DNA of 37,137 bases from an uncultured Methanomassiliicoccales archaeon (GTDB lineage Archaea > Thermoplasmatota > Thermoplasmata > RBG-16-68-12), in the NCBI GenBank assembly GCA_964546105.1, contig CAZJIP010000005.1, positions 1 to 37,137 of the forward strand, given 5' to 3'. The stretch's first letter is position 1. The number at the start of each line of letters is the position of its first letter. Positions 31,894-37,137 of the stretch are shown here, piece after piece. The translations under genes and the position numbers were made by a program. The notes beneath the pieces are model-generated. The model did no database searches, had not been told where the DNA came from, and was given only the letters and a program-made list of their open reading frames with translations.

Positions 31894-32484
31894 GTGCAAC
31901 CGAAATCCCAGGATAAGGCTCCACCTGGCTCGCCTTCCCCTGCCCCACAACGGCCTCGACTCGCCGCGGAACGGGAAGGTCTTCCGTATCTCGCCGCAGT
32001 CAAGACAGCAGCGCGATTTCTCAGGAACAAGGAAAAGCGAGCGGTCCTTGGACTCCCCATCGGGTTGGCAGTCATGTGGTTGGTCGGGGCGCCACTCCTG
32101 CTCGCATGCACCGACATGAGATTTGGCCAATGCTTTGATCATGCCTACGGCCCCATCGGCGGCATCATCATGCTCGTTGCCGGAGCGTTCGCCCTCTTTG
32201 GCTTCGTCTCCCTTCTGACGTATCCCAAGAAGTACGTGCCCCGGACGTGGGGGATGCGCGCAGGGGTCGATGTGGTCCTCGAGGCCCGGGCCGAAAGGCA
32301 GGCGCGTTTCGTGTTCGTCGCGATAGTCGGTCTGGTCCTCGTCGTGGCCGAGGCGTTCCCATTCTACAGTCTCGTGCAAGTGTGGGGATTCGACGCGGTC
32401 GGTACCACAGCCGACATCGCGCTCTTTGCATTCAGCGACCTCCTGGTGTTGTTTTTGGTCTATCTGTGGGCGGGCGTGGACTAA
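31894..32484 (+). CDS. hypothetical integral membrane protein (about 4 TM segments)
   Basis: TM stretches: LGLPIGLAVMWLVGAPLLLA, GGIIMLVAGAFALFGFVSLL, FVFVAIVGLVLVVAEAFPF, IALFAFSDLLVLFLVYLWA. GTG 31894 is preceded by GGAGTGGAGAG. The ORF-track start at 31825 or ATG 32074 are alternatives. Confidence 0.5.
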   Translation: MQPKSQDKAPPGSPSPAPQRPRLAAEREGLPYLAAVKTAARFLRNKEKRAVLGLPIGLAVMWLVGAPLLLACTDMRFGQCFDHAYGPIGGIIMLVAGAFALFGFVSLLTYPKKYVPRTWGMRAGVDVVLEARAERQARFVFVAIVGLVLVVAEAFPFYSLVQVWGFDAVGTTADIALFAFSDLLVLFLVYLWAGVD

Positions 32485-32617
32485 TCACCACCTGCTCCCG
32501 GTCGCCCTGGTCAGGGTGATCTGTGGCGTCTTGGCCAACATTACGAACAGAAGGGGCCTTACGGCGCTCGGCGAAGTCTTGCGGCGTGCCGCCTTCCGAG
32601 TGGGGGCAAAGCGTTGT

Positions 32618-33667
32618 GTGACGTATCCCAACGTTTATCGCGATTCCGGGACTTCGACTCGGCCGGGTGCTCCCATCCCTCTGGAGGCCGATCTCGAGCT
32701 GCTTCGGTCTGCACACTGGAAGGATCTCCGGCAGCTGGCGGAGCGCCACGGCGTCCGCATCCGTGGCCTCAAGACGAAGGACGAGGTGGCCTCCGCCCTC
32801 CTGGCGAGCGCCGCGGCCGAGGAGATTGTTCGGGAGCTGGAGGTCCGCGTGGGCAAGGGACCCGCCACGGACCGCGCACGGGACCGCCTCGTCGCCACGC
32901 GCGATGTGATTCGGGAGGCCGCAAACCTCGGCGCCGCGGTCGGCGCCGCGGAGGACGCTTGGCGAGCGGCGGCCCAGGCGGTCGAGCGGCGAAACCTGTC
33001 GGCCGCGGAGGCCGATCTGGACCGCGCGTCGCAGCTGGCCACGGAGGCCCGGGAGCGCCGCATCCGCGAGATCGACGATGCGCTGTCCGCGGTGGAGGAC
33101 CACATCTCCGCAGCCCGGAAGGTCGGGGCCGACGTGGCGGGGGCCGAGGACCTCTGGCTCCGCGCCCGGTCTGCGGTCTCCGAGCGGGAGTACGTCACGG
33201 CGGGTGACCTGGTCAAGCAGGCGGAACGAGCCGCCATGCAGGGCCAGCAGCGCCAGATCGAGCAGGCGATCCAGCTTCGCGAAAGCCAGATCGAGCGTGC
33301 CCGTTCCATCATCGCGTCGTGCGAGCCCTTGCTCCAGGAGGCCGAGTCCTACGATCTCAGCGTGGCGGACGTCCGCACCCTGTTGCGGCAGGCCCGCGAC
33401 GTGCTGGCCAAGGGCGACTACCTCGCGGGGCTGACCTTCGCCCGAAATGCGGAGGAGGCCGCCTACCGCCTCTCCTCCCAGGTCGAGGAGGAGCGCAAGC
33501 GTCGCGGGATCGTGCGCCCCGCGCGCGGCGTGTGCGGCGTCTGCGGGTCGACCCACCTGACCTTCTACGAGGACGGCTGGGGCACGTGCACGGATTGCCG
33601 GAGCGAGTTCCGATGGCGGGGGCCGCTGGGCGTCCGGGAGCGGCTTAGAGGGCTCCTTGGTACCTAG
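32618..33667 (+). CDS. SAP/HeH (Rho_N-like) module, three about 50-aa alpha-helical repeats, C-terminal Zn-ribbon
   Basis: - HeH module: LELLRSAHWKDLRQLAERHGVRIRGLKTKDEVASALL.
- Repeat 1: IREAANLGAAVGAAEDAWRAAAQAVERRNLSAAEADLDRASQLA.
- Repeat 2: ISAARKVGADVAGAEDLWLRARSAVSEREYVTAGDLVKQAERAA.
- Repeat 3: LQEAESYDLSVADVRTLLRQARDVLAKGDYLAGLTFARNAEEAA.
- Zn-ribbon: CGVCGS...CTDC.
- Start uncertain: GTG 32618 is the nearest canonical start, but third-position G/C only becomes coding-like near 32672-32681. Confidence 0.6.
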   Translation: MTYPNVYRDSGTSTRPGAPIPLEADLELLRSAHWKDLRQLAERHGVRIRGLKTKDEVASALLASAAAEEIVRELEVRVGKGPATDRARDRLVATRDVIREAANLGAAVGAAEDAWRAAAQAVERRNLSAAEADLDRASQLATEARERRIREIDDALSAVEDHISAARKVGADVAGAEDLWLRARSAVSEREYVTAGDLVKQAERAAMQGQQRQIEQAIQLRESQIERARSIIASCEPLLQEAESYDLSVADVRTLLRQARDVLAKGDYLAGLTFARNAEEAAYRLSSQVEEERKRRGIVRPARGVCGVCGSTHLTFYEDGWGTCTDCRSEFRWRGPLGVRERLRGLLGT

Positions 33668-34148
33668 GCTGTCCGACCTGGCGGAAGAAGCCCCGCAGCA
33701 CGTCGCCGCGCGTGACGATGCCCACAATCTTCTCCCCTTCCACGACGGGGATGCGGTGGATCTTGTGCTGGACCATGAGGCGAATGGCCCGCTCCACGGA
33801 CTCGTCCGGGCCGACCGCGTGGATTTCCTTGGTCATGATGTCTTGGACGAGGCGGTTCTCCACCTCCTTGAACGCGGCGAGCGCTTCGCGCTCCTTGATG
33901 ATTTCGACGAAGGAAATCCCGAACGTGATCTCGGGCGGCATGAGCATCCGGAGTTCCTTGTGTTGGGTCTTCAGTGCCTCCAGGATGTCGACCTCGCTGA
34001 GCATGCCGACGATCCGCCCCTGATCGTCCACGACGGGGCAGCCGCCCACGCTCTCATCCGCGAGGGTGATGGCCGCCTCCCGCAACGTGGCCGTCGGCTT
34101 GAGCGTGATGGGCTTCGTCGACATGACGTCCCGGATTCGGAGGGCCAT
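33645..34148 (-). CDS. CBS-domain pair protein
   Basis: Motifs: IRDVMSTKPITLKPTATLREAAITLADESVGGCPVVDDQGRIVGMLSEVDILEAL, and VQDIMTKEIHAVGPDESVERAIRLMVQHKIHRIPVVEGEKIVGIVTRGDVLR. ATG 34148; ATG 34160 or 34175 are possible. Its 3' end overlaps the convergent upstream gene by 23 nt. Confidence 0.8.
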   Translation of the reverse strand: MALRIRDVMSTKPITLKPTATLREAAITLADESVGGCPVVDDQGRIVGMLSEVDILEALKTQHKELRMLMPPEITFGISFVEIIKEREALAAFKEVENRLVQDIMTKEIHAVGPDESVERAIRLMVQHKIHRIPVVEGEKIVGIVTRGDVLRGFFRQVGQPRYQGAL

Positions 34149-34172
34149 GGCCGCACCCATGGGACGGAGGCC

Positions 34173-34200
34173 CATAAATACGTCGCCATAGGTTTTTACC
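34173..34200. promoter_or_regulatory. divergent promoter region with two AT-rich boxes (CATAAATAC; GGTTTTTACC)
   Basis: These are the only AT-rich elements between the CBS gene (minus strand) and dys (ATG 34223). Confidence 0.35.
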
Positions 34201-34222
34201 GAAGCCTCGGAATCCCCGCGCG

Positions 34223-35176
34223 ATGGCCCGCTCCAAGGTCCTCCGTCGGAAGGTGGAGGACATCGATCTCTCCCATGCGGCAACTCTGGACGCCCTCGTG
34301 GCCCAGATGCAGGCCGCGGGCGGATTCACCGCGAAGAAGATTGCGGACGGGGTGGACATCTTGCGGACCATGTTCTCCCGCGACGACTGCCGCACGTTCC
34401 TCTCGTTCCCCGCGGCCCTCATGGCCACCGGCGTCCGCGGCGTCTTGCGCACGCTCGTGGAGAAGCGCTTGGTCGACGTGGTCATCACGACCTGCGGCAC
34501 CGCAGACCACGATCTGGCGCGCGTGTGGCAGCCCTACTACCACGGCGAGTTCGAGATGGACGACGTCATGCTGCACCGCGAGGGCGTGAACCGCTTGGGC
34601 AACGTGCTGGTCCCGAACGAGTCCTACGGTATCATCCTGGAACGGAAGGTCCAGCCCATGCTCCGGGACCTGTACGATTCCGGGAGGCGGAACCTCTCCA
34701 CGAAGGAGCTTCTCTGGGAGTTCGGTCGCCGCACGGAATCCAAGGAATCGCTCCTGTGGTGGGCCTGGAAGAACCAGGTGCCCGTGTACGTGCCCGCGCC
34801 CTTCGACGGCTCCGTCGGCTACCAGCTGTGGTCCTTCTGGCAGGAGCACAAGGACTTCCGCCTCGACCTGTTCCGCGACGAGCAGGACCTCATGGACCTC
34901 GTGTTCACCGCGAAGGAGGCGGGCGCCCTCATGATCGGCGGCGGCGTTTCCAAGCACCACACAATCTGGTGGAACCAGTTCCGCGGCGGCCTCGACTACG
35001 CGGTCTACATCACGACCGCGCCCGAGTGGGACGGCAGCCTGAGCGGCGCGCGCGTGCGCGAGGGAATCTCCTGGGGCAAGGTCAAGGAGAATGCCCGCCA
35101 GCTCACGATCGAGGGCGACGCCTCGGCAATCCTGCCGCTCATGGTCGGAGCGGCCATGGCCCCGAGACGCCGCTGA
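34223..35176 (+). CDS. dys: deoxyhypusine synthase
   Basis: Motifs: FLSFPAALMATGVRGVLRTLVEKRLVDVVITTCGTADHDLAR, GALMIGGGVSKHH, DGSLSGARVREGISWGK; 317 aa. Confidence 0.93.
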   Translation: MARSKVLRRKVEDIDLSHAATLDALVAQMQAAGGFTAKKIADGVDILRTMFSRDDCRTFLSFPAALMATGVRGVLRTLVEKRLVDVVITTCGTADHDLARVWQPYYHGEFEMDDVMLHREGVNRLGNVLVPNESYGIILERKVQPMLRDLYDSGRRNLSTKELLWEFGRRTESKESLLWWAWKNQVPVYVPAPFDGSVGYQLWSFWQEHKDFRLDLFRDEQDLMDLVFTAKEAGALMIGGGVSKHHTIWWNQFRGGLDYAVYITTAPEWDGSLSGARVREGISWGKVKENARQLTIEGDASAILPLMVGAAMAPRRR

Positions 35177-35182
35177 GGTGGA

Positions 35183-35404
35183 TCACTTCACGAGGTAGTA
35201 GCCCGCGGCCTTCTCGCGCACACGGCGCTTGGCATAGCCCTTGGACTCGAGCTCTTGCAGGGACGACAGGACCATACCTTTGGGCAGCTTAGCCATCTTC
35301 GTGATTGCGTCCGCATCCCGCATCTTGTCCTCTGAAGTGGCTCCTGCCGACTTCATGACATCGTAGACCTTATTGGCCCGGTCCGACACGTCCTCGAGGG
35401 GCAT
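35183..35404 (-). CDS. small winged-helix DNA-binding protein (73 aa)
   Basis: ATG 35404 is preceded by AAGGAGG. MPLEDVSDRANKVYDVMKSAG...ITKMAKLPKGMVLSSLQELESKGYAKRRVREKAAGYYLVK fits helix-turn-helix plus wing. Confidence 0.6.
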   Translation of the reverse strand: MPLEDVSDRANKVYDVMKSAGATSEDKMRDADAITKMAKLPKGMVLSSLQELESKGYAKRRVREKAAGYYLVK

Positions 35405-35444
35405 CTGCCCGCCTCCTTGGCGGCCGCGGGTAGTCGAGCCGGTG

Positions 35445-35453
35445 TTAAATAAG
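35445..35453. promoter_or_regulatory. TATA box TTAAATAAG in the divergent wHTH/Nudix spacer
   Basis: It lies about 40 nt from ATG 35404 (minus strand) and about 21 nt from GTG 35474 (plus strand). Confidence 0.45.
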
Positions 35454-35473
35454 CTTGCTCCCTTCTTCGACGC

Positions 35474-35998
35474 GTGAGTCGTGTCGGTGTCTGCAAGGAC
35501 CGGCTCGCCGAGGCCTTCGAGCGGTTCGGCCGCATCCCCGTGATCAAGAAGACCGAGACGGTCCCCGTGTCCCACCCTATTTTCCGTTTGGACGAGTCAG
35601 TCCTGTGGTGGGCCGCCGGCGGCCTCCTGCACGACGGACGCGGCCACGTATTGCTCCTGCGCCACATTTCCTCGAAGGGCTGGGGCGATTTGTGGCTCAC
35701 GCCGGGCGGGAAGCTCGAAGAAGGGGAGACGGTCCTGGAAGGGTTCGAGCGTGAGGTCCGGGAGGAGGTGGGGGCTGGAATCGTGGAGCCCATTCTGACG
35801 AAGCTCCTCCAGCAGAACCTCACGGACGGGAAGCGGGTCCGTCCCGGCTACTTCGCCCAGTTCCTCGCGCGCATCGATGGCGAGGTGCACGCAGGACCCG
35901 ACGTCCTCGAGGTGCGGTGGTTCGACGAGCTCCCAGAGGACATGGCGTTCCGTGAGGACTACGTGGACGACATGCGCCGGCTCCCGCGGTCTGGCTAG
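35474..35998 (+). CDS. Nudix hydrolase
   Basis: Nudix box GGKLEEGETVLEGFEREVREEVG. The start (GTG 35474) is uncertain. Confidence 0.85.
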   Translation: MSRVGVCKDRLAEAFERFGRIPVIKKTETVPVSHPIFRLDESVLWWAAGGLLHDGRGHVLLLRHISSKGWGDLWLTPGGKLEEGETVLEGFEREVREEVGAGIVEPILTKLLQQNLTDGKRVRPGYFAQFLARIDGEVHAGPDVLEVRWFDELPEDMAFREDYVDDMRRLPRSG

Positions 35999-36051
35999 CC
36001 GCATCCCGACGGAAATCTCTATGGAGCCTTCGTGAGTTATCCAGGAGAGGT

Positions 36052-36654
36052 ATGTCGCGCAGGCCGGCGCTGCTCGTGGTCGACGTGCAGAACGATTTCT
36101 GCCCGGGCGGGGCGCTCGGTGTTCCCGATGGCGATCGAATCATCCCTCGCATCAATCGCACCATCGACTTGTTCGTGCGCCGCCGTCTCCCTGTGCTCGC
36201 CACCCGCGACTGGCATCCCAAGGTCACGAAGCACTTCAAGGAATTCGGCGGCGCGTGGCCGCCCCACTGCCTCCAGGGGACCAAGGGGGCCCGGTTCCAC
36301 CCGGGCCTCGCCCTCCCGAAGGACGCGGTCATTCTGTCCAAGGGGATGGACCCCGACCAGGATTCGTACTCCGGATTCCAGGCGCTCAGCCCCCAGGGAC
36401 GGGACCTTGAGTCCGTGATTCGCGACCACGGGATCGATGAGGTCTTCCTGTGCGGACTGGCCACAGACTACTGCGTCCGCGCGACCGCCCTCGACGCGGT
36501 CCGCCGCGGCATCCGGGTTCGTGTGCTGCAGGACGCCATCCGCGGTGTCGACCTGAAGCCCGGGGACTCCAAGGCCGCGGTCCATGAGATGCGCGGAGCG
36601 GGCGTGCCGTTTTTCGAGTCGCGGGGAATTGCGAAGCTCCTGCCCCCCGTCTGA
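36052..36654 (+). CDS. pncA: nicotinamidase/pyrazinamidase (isochorismatase family)
   Basis: Motifs: ALLVVDVQNDFCPGGAL, ATRDWHP, WPPHCLQGTKGA, YSGF, catalytic Cys in FLCGLATDYCVRATALDA. Confidence 0.9.
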   Translation: MSRRPALLVVDVQNDFCPGGALGVPDGDRIIPRINRTIDLFVRRRLPVLATRDWHPKVTKHFKEFGGAWPPHCLQGTKGARFHPGLALPKDAVILSKGMDPDQDSYSGFQALSPQGRDLESVIRDHGIDEVFLCGLATDYCVRATALDAVRRGIRVRVLQDAIRGVDLKPGDSKAAVHEMRGAGVPFFESRGIAKLLPPV

Positions 36655-36756
36655 CGCGGAGTCGCCGGCCACCCGACGGCGTTGGGTCAGGGGTCCGTGT
36701 CCCCCGTCGGGAGGCTCTGCGGAAAGCCCTCGGAATTCCGAAATAGGAAGCGGCCC

Positions 36757-37086
36757 ATGCGTGACGTCGGAGGGATCTCCCGTATGCCGCGTCGATTGCA
36801 GCCCGAGCGGATGGTGGCCTTTGTGGGGATTGTCTGGATCGCCGCGGCGGGCTTCCTCCTCGGACTCACGCCCTTGCCGTTCTTCGCCGGCATCATCGGA
36901 CTCTTCACGCTTCTCGGCGTGCTCGTGGCGTGGGACGCGAGGCGTCTCGGTCAGAGCGGATGGACGTGGGGCTTTGCGACTCTGTTCTTCGGCCCCTTCG
37001 CCTTCATCCCGTACGTGTGGTACCGAGCAGGCCTCCAGGCATCCGCGGGTGTGATCCGGTCGGACCGCATGCACAAACCCTCGTGA
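36757..37086 (+). CDS. small hypothetical membrane protein (2-3 TM segments)
   Basis: TM stretches: MVAFVGIVWIAAAGFLLGLTPLPFFAGIIGLFTLLGVLVAW and WGFATLFFGPFAFIPYVWY. Start is ATG 36757 or 36811. Confidence 0.45.
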   Translation: MRDVGGISRMPRRLQPERMVAFVGIVWIAAAGFLLGLTPLPFFAGIIGLFTLLGVLVAWDARRLGQSGWTWGFATLFFGPFAFIPYVWYRAGLQASAGVIRSDRMHKPS

Positions 37087-37137
37087 TTCCCGGCACAGGC
37101 TTCGGCGGGCCGAGATCACGCGACCATCCCGCTTTAC

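Noticed and set aside
31301-31948. N-terminal extension of the orc1/cdc6 ORF to 626 aa (ORF track 30068-31948).
   Set aside because: The conserved Orc1 N-terminus (LSFDYVPEK..HRE) begins about 40 residues after ATG 31300, giving a typical 410-aa protein. In the extension, the G/C-enriched codon position does not match this frame; it matches + frame 2.
31261-32640. Shared 8-mer GTTTATCG in sense orientation ahead of orc1 (31261-31268, minus strand) and ahead of the HeH gene (32633-32640), as a possible common TATA/BRE element.
   Set aside because: There are only two copies, roughly what chance allows for an 8-mer in this window. The orc1 copy lies inside the preferred coding region (it would require the GTG 31237 start). 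The HeH copy has no canonical start at leaderless distance. The observation is kept as a note on start-codon uncertainty only.
1-37137. Mobile elements, integrases, toxin-antitoxin pairs, restriction-modification or other recognisable defence genes, rRNA genes.
   Set aside because: None of the translated ORFs shows transposase (DDE), integrase (R..HxxR..Y), nuclease-toxin or methyltransferase-RM motifs that I could recognise. No long terminal inverted or direct repeats were seen. The window looks like core chromosome rather than an accessory island.

Overview
High-GC (about two-thirds G+C by eye) archaeal chromosomal segment. It is very tightly packed, with many 4-nt start/stop overlaps and overlapping convergent gene ends. 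I found no rRNA, tRNA, CRISPR array, transposase or integrase. All functional calls come from motif recognition in the supplied translations; no database search was run.

Gene content, left to right:
1. An eight-gene aromatic amino acid operon: aroB' (partial), aroD-aroE fusion, archaeal shikimate kinase, aroA, aroC, chorismate mutase/prephenate dehydrogenase, asd and aspartokinase.
2. A CBS protein, a Roadblock-like hypothetical, a secreted M28 peptidase and an NTF2-like protein.
3. A phosphate module: an AbrB-PhoU regulator divergent from pstS-pstC-pstA-pstB-phoU.
4. A candidate 34-aa leaderless micro-ORF, an FrhB-family protein, an IscA-type carrier with a His-rich tail, and a GNAT acetyltransferase.
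5. A three-gene operon of TPR proteins carrying Zn-ribbon, (HhH)2, SAP/HeH and K/R-tail modules, followed by fibrillarin, uS15 and a RecJ-like DHH protein.
6. orc1/cdc6 followed by two tandem DUF835 paralogues.
7. A frameshifted J-domain-like ORF, a membrane protein, a HeH/coiled-coil/Zn-ribbon protein, a CBS protein, deoxyhypusine synthase, a small wHTH protein, a Nudix hydrolase, PncA and a small membrane protein.

Most notable observations:
- The uncharacterised TPR operon with nucleic-acid-binding modules sits where nop5 normally precedes fibrillarin.
- The orc1-DUF835-DUF835 / recJ cluster has a shared upstream motif in front of each DUF835 copy.
- The conserved N-terminus of chorismate synthase lies upstream of any ATG/GTG/TTG, implying a CTG start inside a CTGA overlap.
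- An AGACTCCGTAG motif family recurs around the phosphate regulator.
- An HPD-motif (J-domain-like) ORF next to orc1 is broken at a C5 run.

No clear replication origin (ORB repeats plus an AT-rich unwinding element) could be supported next to orc1.
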